From assembly GCA_015134435.1 (NCBI GenBank), contig CP043989.1, forward strand, positions 120,001 through 152,000: 32,000 nt of DNA, read 5' to 3'. The translations under genes and the position numbers were made by a program. The DNA is from Candidatus Saccharimonadota bacterium (GTDB lineage Bacteria; Pseudomonadota; Gammaproteobacteria; Enterobacterales; Enterobacteriaceae). Below, piece by piece: positions 21,432-32,000 of the stretch. Under the pieces are notes generated by a model. That model had not been told where the DNA came from, searched no databases, and worked only from the letters and a program-made list of their open reading frames with translations. Each line of letters starts with the position of its first letter. Position 1 is the first letter of the stretch.

Positions 21432-23936
21432 TTAAATATATAAATCTATAAATTTATATAATTTATTATAATTCATTGGTAAATTTAAAAATATTTTTAT
21501 AACTTCATAATAATAATTATTTAACATATTAATAAAAATATTAAAAGATTCTTTTTTATATTCTTGTTTAGGATTTTTTTGAGCATATATACATAAATTA
21601 ATACCTTCTTTTAAATTATCTATAATATATAAATATTCTCTCCAAAAAATATCTAAAGTTTTTAACATAATATTTTTTTGTAATTTATATAATATTTTTT
21701 TTTTAATTATTTTTTTTATTTTATTAAAAAAATAAATTATTTTATTCAATATAAAATTATAAATTTTAAAAAAATCAGAATTAATTAATCATAATTTCAT
21801 TATTTTAATATTAAAATTATCATAATATTTATTAAATAACATTTTATTATTAAAATATAAAAATAAAAAATTATTTACAACATTTTTTACATAAATACAT
21901 ATAAATTTATAAATATTTTTTGAATATAATATATTATTTCTTTTTAAATATATAATATTTCTTTGATAATTATAAATATTATCATAATCAAATAAATTTT
22001 TTCTAATATTAAAATTTCTATTTTCAATTTTTTTTTGAATTTTTTTAATAAAATAAGATATTAAAGAGTGTTCTATATATTCACCATATTTTATATTTAA
22101 TTTTTTTATATAATAAATAATATTTTTAGAAGAAAAAATATACATTAATGAATCTTCCATAGATACATAAAATCTAGATGAACCAGGATCACCTTGTCTA
22201 CCAGATCTACCTCTTAATTGATTATCTAATCTTCTAGATTCATATCTTTCAGATCCAATAACATGTAATCCACCTAATGATACAATTAAATCATGATCTT
22301 TTTTTCAATTTTTTAATATTTTACTTATTTTATTTTTATTTATTTTTTTATTATTAAAATTTAATATTTTATTATTTAAATTACCACCTAATATTATATC
22401 AGTACCACGACCAGCCATATTAGTAGCAATAGTTACACTGCCTAATTTACCTGCTTGAGAAATTATATTAGCTTCAAACATATGATTTTTAGCATTTAAA
22501 ACATTATTTTTTATACCATTTTTATATAATAAATAAGATAAATATTCAGATTTTTTTATAGATTTAGTACCAACTAATACTGGTTGTCCAATTAAATTTC
22601 TTTTTTTTATATCTTTTATTATAGAATAAAATTTTTCTTTTTCTGTTAAATATATACGATCATTATAATCAATACGAATCATAGATTTGTTAGTAGGAAT
22701 AACTACAGTATTTAATCCATAAATTAAATTAAATTCAAAAGCTTCTGTAATTGCAGTTCCTGTCATACCTGAAATTTTTTTATAAATACGAAAATAATTT
22801 TGAAAAGTAATAGAAGCTAATATTCTATCATCATTATTTACTTTAATATTTTCTTTAATTTCTAATGCTTGATGTAAACCATTTGATCATCTTTTATCAG
22901 GAACCATTCTACCTGTATTTTCATCTATAATAATAATTTTATTATCTTTAACTATATAATCAATATTTTTTTCATAAATATAATAAGCTTTTAATAAAGA
23001 AATAACATAATTAATAATATTAATATTTTTAGTATTATATAATGATTTATTTTTATTAATTATATTATTATTAATTAATATTTTTTCTAAATTAATAATA
23101 CCTTTTTCAGTAAAATAAATTTGATTTATTTTTTTATCAATTACAAAATCTTCATTTTTTATTTTATTTAAAGAATAATTTTTATAATAAGGTTTAAAAT
23201 TTAATATAATTTTATTTATATTTTTATATAAATTATTTATACAAGTAAAATTATTAGATATAATAAGTGGCATTCTAGATTCATCTATTAAAATAGAATC
23301 AATTTCATCTAAAACAGCATAATATAATTCTTTTCTTTGAACTTTATCATGTTTTGATAAAACTATATTATCACGTAAATAATCAAATCCAAATTCACTA
23401 CTAGTACCATAAGTAATATCACATAAATAAGCTTTTTTTTTTTCAATTAAAGACATATTAGATAAATTTAAACCAACACTTAAACCTAAAAAATTAAATA
23501 ATTTACTATTATTTATTCAATCTCTCTTAGCTAAATAATCATTAATAGTTATTACATGAACACCTTTATTAAATAAAGAATAAAAATATATAGGTAAAGT
23601 AGAAGTAATAGTTTTCCCTTCACCAGTTTTCATTTCAATAATATAACCATTATATAATGATAAAGCTCCTAATAATTGAACATCAAATAATTTAATATTA
23701 AAAACTCTTTTAATAGATTCATATATATTTGTAAATACATAAGGTAAAATATAATCATTATTATTATTTAATTTTAATATTTTACGATATATATATGTAT
23801 TATTTTTAATAATATTATCAGAATATTTAGAAAATATTTTTTTTAAATTATTAATTTTATCTATAATTTTATAAAAATCAGAAAATTTTTTTTTAATTTT
23901 ATTATTAAAAAAATATGAAAATAATTTAATAAACAT
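21432..23936 (-). CDS. secA: Preprotein translocase ATPase SecA
   Basis: Five ORF pieces all lie in one frame and are joined by TGA codons. Motifs: [40 protein letters not shown]. About 834 aa, with a TAA stop. Confidence 0.94.
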
Positions 23937-24039
23937 AATAATATATAATAATTGTATAAAATAAATTTAATTAATATAAATTTATATTAATATTTAAAAT
24001 AACTATAACATATATTATAATAAATTAAAAAAAATAATA

Positions 24040-24333
24040 ATGAATACAAAAAAACCTATATTAATTAAAAATATTTTAAAAAATAATATTAAAAAAAAAA
24101 ATAATTTATCTTCAATAATATTAAAAAGTAAATTAATAAAAAAAATTAATAATAAAATAAAAAATAAACTATTTAATAAAAAATATAAAAATTTTAAAAT
24201 AATAAATATAATTAAAAAAAAAATATATATAAAAACAAAAAATTATAATTTAAAAAAATATTTAATAAAAAATAAAAATAAAATATTAAAAAAAATAAAT
24301 TATTTAAATATAAAATATATAAAAATATTATAA
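24040..24333 (+). CDS. Hypothetical small, very basic protein; weak resemblance to ribosomal protein S20
   Basis: A 97-codon stop-free ATG ORF in almost pure A+T, where TAA is very frequent, so chance is unlikely. KKNNLSSIILKSKLIKKI and YLIKNKNKILKKINYL loosely recall S20 KHNASRRSMMRTFIKKV and GLIHKNKAARHKANL. Low complexity makes this weak. Confidence 0.35.
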   Translation: MNTKKPILIKNILKNNIKKKNNLSSIILKSKLIKKINNKIKNKLFNKKYKNFKIINIIKKKIYIKTKNYNLKKYLIKNKNKILKKINYLNIKYIKIL

Positions 24334-24646
24334 TATTAAAATATTTATAATATTTAAATAATTAATATAAAATATTTAATAAAAATAATTTAATCTATTT
24401 TTTTAAATAAAATATTTTTAATAAAAAAAATTACTATTATAATATTTAAAAATTTTTAATAAAAAATAAATTAAATAAATATATATAAAATTATATTTAA
24501 TAATTTATAAATAATTATAAAATCAATAATATAATATTAAATATAAAAAAATTAATTATAATAAATTATATTAAATATTAAATATATTATTATAAAAAAT
24601 TATTAATTAATTTTATAAATATTTAAATAAATAATTTATTAAAATT

Positions 24647-25570
24647 TTAAATTTTTTCTACTAATCTTAATACTGCACTTCTTATTCTAGAATTATAAAT
24701 AATATCTTTATTTGAAGGTTTAAATTTACCTAAATATAATAATTCAGGAGGATTAAAATTATTTATTTGTTTAATAGTTAAAGGAATATTATCTAATAAT
24801 AAATAATTACTATCAGATTTTTCTTTAATAAACTTTTTTATAATTTTATGTTCTAATGAATGAAAACTAATTATTAATAACCTACCTTTTTTACATAAAT
24901 ATTTATAACAATTATATAAACTATTTTTTAAAATATTAAGTTCATTATTAATAAATATTCTAAAAGACTGAAATACTCTTGCTTTACTTTTATAATCTTT
25001 ATATTTTACAGAATATTTTATTATATTAGATAAATCATTTGTATAATTTAAAGTATTATTTTTACAATACAAAAATATATTTTTTGCTATTTTTTTAGAA
25101 TTATAATCTTGTCCATATTTTTTAATAATATTATAAATATTTTTTTCACTAGCTTTATTAATCCATTCTTTTAATGGAAAACCTAATTTTTGATTCATAC
25201 GCATATCTAAAGGTCCATTTTTTAAAAAAGAAAAACCTCTAAAAGGATCATCTAATTGTATAGAAGATAATCCTAAATCAAAAATAATACCATTAATTTT
25301 TTTATTTAAATTAAAATAATTAATATAATTTTTTAAATTATAAAAATTATCATTTATTAAAATTAAACGATTATCTTTAATTTTTTTTCTTCCTATATTT
25401 ATAGAAATAGGATCACAATCAAAAGAATATAATTTACCTTTTTTATTTAAAAAACTTAATATTTTTAAAGAATGATATCCACATCCAAAAGTACAATCTA
25501 TATAAATACCATCTTCTTTAATATTTAAAAAATTACAAATATTATTTAAAAAAGCAGATTTATATTTCAT
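24647..25570 (-). CDS. rsmH: 16S rRNA (cytosine1402-N4)-methyltransferase RsmH/MraW
   Basis: 307-aa intact ORF. Motifs: DGIYIDCTFGCGYHS, FDCDP, IIFDLGLSS.QLD...RGFSF, GPLDMRM, ISFHSLE. Confidence 0.93.
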   Translation of the reverse strand: MKYKSAFLNNICNFLNIKEDGIYIDCTFGCGYHSLKILSFLNKKGKLYSFDCDPISINIGRKKIKDNRLILINDNFYNLKNYINYFNLNKKINGIIFDLGLSSIQLDDPFRGFSFLKNGPLDMRMNQKLGFPLKEWINKASEKNIYNIIKKYGQDYNSKKIAKNIFLYCKNNTLNYTNDLSNIIKYSVKYKDYKSKARVFQSFRIFINNELNILKNSLYNCYKYLCKKGRLLIISFHSLEHKIIKKFIKEKSDSNYLLLDNIPLTIKQINNFNPPELLYLGKFKPSNKDIIYNSRIRSAVLRLVEKI

Positions 25571-25633
25571 ATATTAAAAAAAATAAAATAAATATATTTA
25601 ATAATATTTAAAAATTAATTAAAATATTATTAT

Positions 25634-25849
25634 TTAAAATAAAAAATTAATATTTTTAAATCTTTTTTTTAAATTTTTTATTCTTCCTTTAGAAAAAGAA
25701 ATTTTTTGTTTTCCTGTATAATAAGAATGACATTTATAACATACATCTATAAAAAAATTTTTTTTTAAAGTAGAAAAAATATTAATTATATTATTACATG
25801 AACAAATTATTTTTAATGGAAAAATTAAAGGATGTATTTTTTTTTTCAT
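25634..25849 (-). CDS. rpmE: 50S ribosomal protein L31
   Basis: 71 aa: MKKKIHP...CSC.N.....ST......DVC.KCHSYYTGKQK. It has the CxC...CxxCH zinc-type motif. Confidence 0.9.
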   Translation of the reverse strand: MKKKIHPLIFPLKIICSCNNIINIFSTLKKNFFIDVCYKCHSYYTGKQKISFSKGRIKNLKKRFKNINFLF

Positions 25850-25869
25850 ATATTTAATTTAAATATTTA

Positions 25870-26145
25870 TTAAAAACATTGTACATTATCTGGTAAACAA
25901 GTAATTTTAGTTATTTGTTTTATAAAACCTTTAGGAAATAATTTAAATAAATAAAAACTATCATAATTACATTTATACTTTTTATTTAAAAAATTTAACA
26001 AATTTCTTATATTAGGAATAATATTATTTTTAAAAAAAAATAACCTATAATAAAAAATTATTCTTCAATAATATATATTTAATATAATACCTTCTTTTAA
26101 AGCTATATTAATAGCTATATTTCTATTTCATTTTTTTAATTTCAT
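25870..26145 (-). CDS. tusE: Sulfur-relay protein TusE (DsrC family)
   Basis: 91 aa, not in the ORF track because of two in-frame TGA codons. The C-terminus YLFKLFPKGFIKQITKITCLPDNVQCF matches E. coli TusE [45 protein letters not shown] matches QWSEPLAVVIAENEGISL. Confidence 0.8.
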
Positions 26146-26216
26146 ATAAAAATTACATTTATATTTTAACAAATATATAATAAAAAATAAATAAAATATT
26201 ACAATTATATATACTA

Positions 26217-27533
26217 TTATAATATATATTTACTTAAATCTTGATTAATAATTAAATTATTTAATTTTAATTTCACATATTTAGAATCTATTAAAATTGA
26301 TTTATTTTTATAATCATTAATATTAAAAGATATATCTTCCATTAATTTTTCTAAAACTGTATGTAATCTTCTTGCACCTATATTATCTGTATTTTCATTA
26401 ATTTTTCATGAAATATCAGCTAAACATTTTATACCATCATTTGTAAAATTTATTTTTATACCTTCTACTTTTAATAAACTTTTATATTGAGAAGTAATAG
26501 AAATATTAGGTTCAACTAAAATTCTTTCAAAATCTTTTGTAGTTAAAGCATTCAATTTTACTTTAATAGGTAATCTACCTTGTAATTCAGGAATTAAATC
26601 AGAAGGACTACAAAATTGAAAAGCTCCTGAAGCTATAAATAATATATAATCAGTTTTAACAACACCATATTTAGTAGATATAGTACAACCTTCTACTAAA
26701 GGTAATAAATCTCTTTGAACACCTTCTCTTGATACACCAGAATCACTAATTTCACCTCTTTTACAAACTTTATCTATTTCATCAATAAAAACAATTCCTT
26801 GTTGTTCAACTAAATTTATAGCTTTACGTTTAATATCATCAAAATTAATTAATTTTGATGATTCTTCTTCTATAAGAAAATTAATAGCATCTTTAATTTT
26901 TAATTTACGAATTTTTTTTTTTTTATTACTTAAATTTCTAAAAATAGATTGTAATTGATTAGTCATTTCCTCCATACCTGGAGGAGACATTATTTCTATA
27001 CCTAAAGAAGGTACATTAATATTTATATCAATAATTTTATTATCTAATTCTCCATTACGTAATTTATATAATATAGAATCTTTTTTAATTATATACTTTT
27101 TATTATTTTTATTTAAATTTTCAATTAAAATATTTAATATACGTTTTTCAGCTAACTTTTTAGCTTTTAATATATTTATTTTTATAATTTGATTTTTTAT
27201 CATTTTTACTGCATAATCTACTAAATCTCTAATAATAGAATCTACTTCTTTACCAACATAACCAACTTCAGTAAATTTAGTCGCTTCAACTTTAATAAAA
27301 GGAGAATTACTTAATTTAGCTAATCTACGAGCTATCTCAGTTTTACCCACACCAGTAGGACCTATCATTAAAATATTTTTAGGAGTAATTTCATTACGAA
27401 ATTCTTCACTTAATTGCATTCTACGTCATCTATTTCTTAAAGCAATTGCAACAGCTTTTTTAGCATTATCCTGACCAATAATAAATTTATTTAATTCATT
27501 TACAATTTCTTTAGGAGTCATTTCATTATACAT
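26217..27533 (-). CDS. hslU: ATP-dependent protease ATPase subunit HslU
   Basis: The start is [41 protein letters not shown], with TGA 27426-27428 at the conserved Trp. Walker A is [19 protein letters not shown]. Also FIDEIDK and [18 protein letters not shown]. It ends ..DLSKYIL with TAA 26217-26219. Confidence 0.96.
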
Positions 27534-27553
27534 AATATAAACCTTATATAATA

Positions 27554-28078
27554 TTAATAATATAATTCTTCTATAGTAAAATAATGATTAGTATATAAAC
27601 ATATATCGGCTGAAATAAATAAAGATTTTTCAACTATACAACGAGCATTTAAATTAGTATTTTCTAATAAAGATCTAGCAGAAGCAATAGCATAAGATCC
27701 TCCACTACCAATAGCAATTAAATCATTTTCAGGTTGAATAATATCACCATTACCAGTTATTATTAAAGAATATTTAATATCAACAATAGCTAATAATGCT
27801 TCTAATCTTCTTAAATTTCTATCTATTCTTCAATCTTTAGCTAATTCAACAGCTGATTTCATTACATTACCTTGATATATTTCTAATTTTTTTTCAAAAC
27901 ATTCAAATAATGTAAAAGCATCAGCTGTACCACCAGCAAAACCAGCAATAATTTTATTCGAATATAATTTACGAACTTTTTTTACATTACTTTTCATAAT
28001 TGTATCACCAAAAGTAGCTTGACCATCTCCACCCATAACAACTAAATTTTTTCTTCTAACACTTAATATAGTAGTCAC
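27554..28078 (-). CDS. hslV: ATP-dependent protease peptidase subunit HslV
   Basis: MTTILSVRR... carries the N-terminal Thr nucleophile. Also [30 protein letters not shown] (TGA), [22 protein letters not shown] 20-nt spacer with AAGGT precedes hslU. Confidence 0.96.
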
Positions 28079-28115
28079 AAAAAACCTATAAATATAAATT
28101 ATTAATAAAATAAAC

Positions 28116-28976
28116 TTAAATTATTTTCTTTTTTAAAAAATTTCTCATTTTTTTCATAGCATTTTTTTCTATTTGACGAATTCTTTCAGCGGAAACTGAA
28201 TAATATTTAGCTAAATTTTTTAATGTTTTTCTTTTTTTATTATTTAATCATCTAGAAATAATTATATATTTACTTCTATCATCTAATAAATTTAAAGCTA
28301 ATCTTAATTTTTTATATATATATTTATTTCAATTATATAATTCTATATTATTAGCAAAATTAGAATTTTTATCTTTTAAAATATTTAAATAAAAATTTTT
28401 TTTATTTAATAAATTATCATTGTAAAAATCTATTTTTAAATCTTTATTAAACATTCTAAATTCCATTTCAATTATATCTTTTTTATTTACATTTAATTTC
28501 TTTGAAATAAAATGTATTTCTTTATTATTAAATCATCCAATTTTTTTTTTAATTTTTCTTAAATTAAAAAATAATTTACGTTGAGACTTAGTAGTAGCAA
28601 TTTTAACAATTTTTCAATTTTTTAATATATAATTATATATTTCTGCTTTAATTCAATAAACAGCAAAAGATATTAATCTAACACCAAAAAATGGATTAAA
28701 TTTATTTATAGATTTCATTAATCCAATATTTCCTTCTTGAATTAAATCTAATTGAGATAATCCATAACCTAAATAATTTTTAGTTATATATATAACAAAA
28801 CGTAAATTTAATAAAATTAATTCTTTTATTGATTCTAAATCACCATAATAATAAAATCTAGTAATTAATTTATGTTCTTTTTTTAAAGACAAAATAGGTA
28901 AAGAATTAACCATACATATATAATAATCTAAATTATTAATATTATATAATTTAGAATTAACAATATTATTAATCAT
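28116..28976 (-). CDS. rpoH: RNA polymerase sigma-32 (heat-shock sigma factor)
   Basis: Motifs: [53 protein letters not shown], and the RpoH box [14 protein letters not shown]. Region 4 is [17 protein letters not shown]. There are several TGA codons at conserved Trp. 286 aa. Confidence 0.95.
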
Positions 28977-29085
28977 ATAAATACATAATAATACAAAATT
29001 TATATATATAAAAATAAATTTTAAAATATATTTATTAAATATAAAAAATAAATAATTTAATAAATTCTATATAATTTATAAAAAT

Positions 29086-29646
29086 ATGAAAAAAAAATAT
29101 ATTAAAATAACTTCAGGTATATTAAAAAATATTCATATAAATACTATAAATAATAAATTATTAAAACCTACTTTAGTAAATATTAGAAAAACATTATTTA
29201 ATTGAATAAATAAATATATAAAAAATAAAATATGTTTAGATTGTTTTTCAGGAAGTGGAATATTAAGCATAGAATCTTTATCAAATAACGCAAAATTTGT
29301 AATTATTTTAGAAAAAAATTATAAAATATATAAAAATATAAAAAAAAATTTAAAAAAAATAAATAATAAAAATTATAAAATAATTAATATAAATACATTA
29401 ATTTGATTAAAAAAAAAAAATAATATAATATTTGATATAATTTTTATAGATCCTCCATATAATATGTATAAAATATTAAATAAATGTATAAATTTAATTG
29501 AAAAAAATAATTTAATTAAAAAAAATAGTATTATATATATAGAAACAAATAAAAAAAATAATAATATAAATATACCATATTCATGAAAAATATATAAAAA
29601 AAAATATACACAAAATAATAAATATTATTTATTTATTAAAAAATAA
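29086..29646 (+). CDS. rsmD: 16S rRNA (guanine966-N2)-methyltransferase RsmD
   Basis: 186 aa. Motifs: LKPT...IRKTLFNW-I, CLDCFSGSGILSIESLS, FIDPPY. It is divergent from rpoH, as yhhF/rsmD is from the ftsYEX-rpoH operon in E. coli. Confidence 0.85.
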
Positions 29647-29661
29647 ATCATACATATTAAC

Positions 29662-31071
29662 ATGAAAAATAAAAATATTATAAATTATAAAAATTTAAAT
29701 AAAAAAATTAATATACAACCATATTCTATTGAATCAGAACAATCATTACTAGGAGGAATAATTTTAAACAATAATAAATGAGAAAATATATATAAAATTA
29801 TAAATAAAAAAGATTTTTTTTATAAATCACATCAAATAATATTTAATGAAATAAATAAATTATTAATATCAAATAAACCAATAGATTTAATTAGTTTATC
29901 AGAATCTTTAGAAAAAAATAAAAAATTAGAAATAATAGGAGGATTTAATTATTTAGTAGAAATTTCACAAAATATTAATAATCTAACAAATATTGATTAT
30001 TATGCAGAAATTATAAAAGAAAAATCAAATATAAGAAAAATTATAAATATAGGTAACGAAATAATATTAAATAGTTATAATCCAGATGGAAAAAATAGTG
30101 AAGATATAATAAATATAGCAGAATCAAAAATATCAAAAATTATAAAAGAAAATACAAATAAAAATAATAATCCTAAAAATATTAATATAATTTTAAAAAA
30201 AACTAAAAAAAAAATTAAAAAATTATATAAAAATCCAAATTTTAATATAACAGGTATAGATACAGGATATATAGATTTAAATAAAAAAACTTTTGGATTA
30301 CAAAAATCAGATTTAATAATTATAGCAGGAAGACCATCAATGGGTAAAACAACATTTGCAATAAATTTATGTGAAAATATTTCTATGTCTCAAAATAAAC
30401 CTGTATTAATTTTTAGTTTAGAAATGTCATCAGAACAAATAATAATAAAAATGATATCTTCATTATCAAGAATAGAACAAAATAAAATAAAAACTGGTAA
30501 CTTAAATTATAAAGAATGAATTAAAATATCAAATATAATAAATATACTTAAAAAAAAAAAAAATATATTTATAGACGATTCATCTTTAATTACTCCTAAT
30601 GAAATAAAATTAAAAACTAGAAAAATATATAAAAAAAATAAAGGATTAAGTTTAATTATGATAGATTATTTACAATTAATGAAATCATCATCATATTTAG
30701 AAAATAGAGCTTCAGAAATAGCAGATATTTCAAGATCACTTAAAATATTAGCTAAAGAATTAAAAATTCCTATAATAGCTTTATCTCAATTAAATAGATT
30801 ATCAGAACAAAGAGTAAATAAAAGACCATTAAATTCAGATCTTAGAGAATCAGGATCACTTGAACAAGATGCTGATTTAATTATGTTTATATATAGAGAT
30901 GAATTATATAATAATAATTCAAAAATGAAAGGAATTGCTGAATTAATAATAGGAAAACAACGTAATGGTCCTACTGGAAAAATTAATTTAATATTCAACG
31001 AAAAAATATCTAAATTTGATAATTATACATCAAATAAATATGAATTATTAAATTTAAATAATATAAGATAA
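29662..31071 (+). CDS. dnaB: Replicative DNA helicase DnaB
   Basis: The ATG at 29662 is in frame with ORF 30658..31071. Motifs: PYSIESEQSLLGGIIL, Walker A IIAGRPSMGKTTFAINL, FSLEMS, IMIDYLQLM, SRSLK.LAKEL..P.IALSQLNR, SDLRESGS.EQDAD, KQRNGPTG. Confidence 0.95.
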
Positions 31072-31180
31072 AATAATTAAATATATATATTTTTATAAAT
31101 ATATACATTATAATAAATATTAACTCTAAATATAAATTTAAAATAATAAATAAACGAATAAAAAAACTAAAAAAATAAAA

Positions 31181-31618
31181 ATGATAAATAAAGGTATAAA
31201 TAAAGTAATTTTAATAGGTAATTTAGGTCAAAAACCAGAAATAAGATATACATCTAATGGAAATAAAGTTACTAATTTAAATATAGCTACATCAGATATA
31301 TGAAAAGATAAAAAAACAGGTGAAAATAAAGAAAATACACAATGACATAAAATAATATTATTTGGTAAATTAGCAGAAATAGCTTCAAAATATTTAAATA
31401 AAGGATCACAAATATATATAGAAGGTTCTTTACAAACAAGAAAATGAAAAGATAAAAATGGATACGAAAGATATACAACAGAAATAATAGTAAATTCTAA
31501 AGGAACAATGAAAATGTTAGGAAAAAAAAATAATAATAAAAATATAAATAAAGAAGAAATAAATAAAAATAATAAAGATGAAGATTTACCTATAGATTTT
31601 GATGACTTAACATTTTAA
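31181..31618 (+). CDS. ssb: Single-stranded DNA-binding protein
   Basis: 145 aa. Motifs: [60 protein letters not shown]. The acidic tail is [13 protein letters not shown]. There are three TGA codons at conserved Trp. Confidence 0.93.
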
Positions 31619-31641
31619 ATATATATATATAAAAATAAAAT

Positions 31642-32000
31642 ATGAATAAATTATTTAGTAAATTATTTAAAAAATCAATTAAAAAAAAAAATATAAAATA
31701 TGGTTCTATTATAAAAGGAAAAATAATAAATATTAAAAATAATATAGTAATTATAGATGCAGGTTTAAAATCAGAATCTTATATTCCAATAGAACAATTT
31801 AAAGATATTAATGGAAAATTAAATATAAATATTAATGATATAGTAGATGTTTCAATAGATAATATAGCTGGAGAATGAGGAGAAACAATACTTTCAAGAG
31901 ATAAAGCTAAAAAATATGAAACATGATTAAATATAGAAAAATCATATAAAAAATCATCTAATATTAAAGGAATTATTAATGGAAAAGTAAAAGGTGGATT
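31642..32000 (+). CDS. rpsA: 30S ribosomal protein S1, N-terminal part (continues beyond window)
   Basis: Motifs: F.KLF..S......GSIIKGKII.I....V.IDAGLKSES.IP.EQFK, GETILSRDKAKKYETW-L, GIINGKVKGG. Confidence 0.92.

Noticed and set aside
1785-23936. Many housekeeping genes (prfA, prmC, argS, aspS, gapA, rnhA, asnS, alaS, htpG, dnaX, secA and others) look like strings of broken ORFs, which could mean pseudogenes.
   Set aside because: All pieces of each gene lie in a single frame. Every interruption I checked is TGA. Nearly all of those I compared with E. coli or phage homologues fall on Trp positions; the exceptions I noticed align with Phe. This is recoding (table 4), not decay.
30786-30998. 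A minus-strand 70-aa ORF.
   Set aside because: It lies antisense inside the highly conserved C-terminal domain of dnaB, so it is spurious.
31287-31478. A minus-strand 63-aa ORF rich in Phe/Leu/Tyr.
   Set aside because: It lies antisense inside ssb and is a low-complexity artefact.

Overview
This is 32 kb of an extremely A+T-rich, gene-dense bacterial chromosome. Gene content and local gene order match an Enterobacterales-derived lineage: rnhA<>dnaQ, asnS-ompF, alaS-csrA-tRNASer-tRNAArg, dnaX..htpG, rsmH..secA, rpoH<>rsmD and hslVU. Large blocks of genes are missing, which is the look of an obligate-endosymbiont-type reduced genome. I do not try to name the organism. Most long genes look fragmented in the standard-code ORF track. 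Every break I checked is an in-frame TGA, mostly at positions that are Trp in E. coli or phage homologues, so UGA is read as Trp (table 4). Annotated that way, the window holds 28 confident protein genes (2 partial), 1 tentative small basic protein and 2 tRNAs.

The stand-out is at 7.6-9.7 kb. An intact 514-codon gene (7664-9208, minus strand) carries the motif set of phage N15 TelN / phiKO2 TelK protelomerases (hairpin-telomere resolvases). Nineteen bp upstream of its start codon lie two tandem perfect palindromes of 74 bp and 142 bp, which share an identical 70-bp core 106 bp apart. The strand-composition polarity of the whole window flips within these palindromes: the plus strand is T-rich to the left and A-rich to the right, including synonymous third codon positions. 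That is the pattern expected at a replication terminus or at chromosome ends.

Taken together this suggests a domesticated protelomerase plus resolution-site system, and possibly a linear chromosome with hairpin ends, in a minimal symbiont genome. Secondary observations are a gapA homologue with both catalytic residues replaced, collapse of the dcw and ftsYEX loci, and no prfB upstream of lysS.
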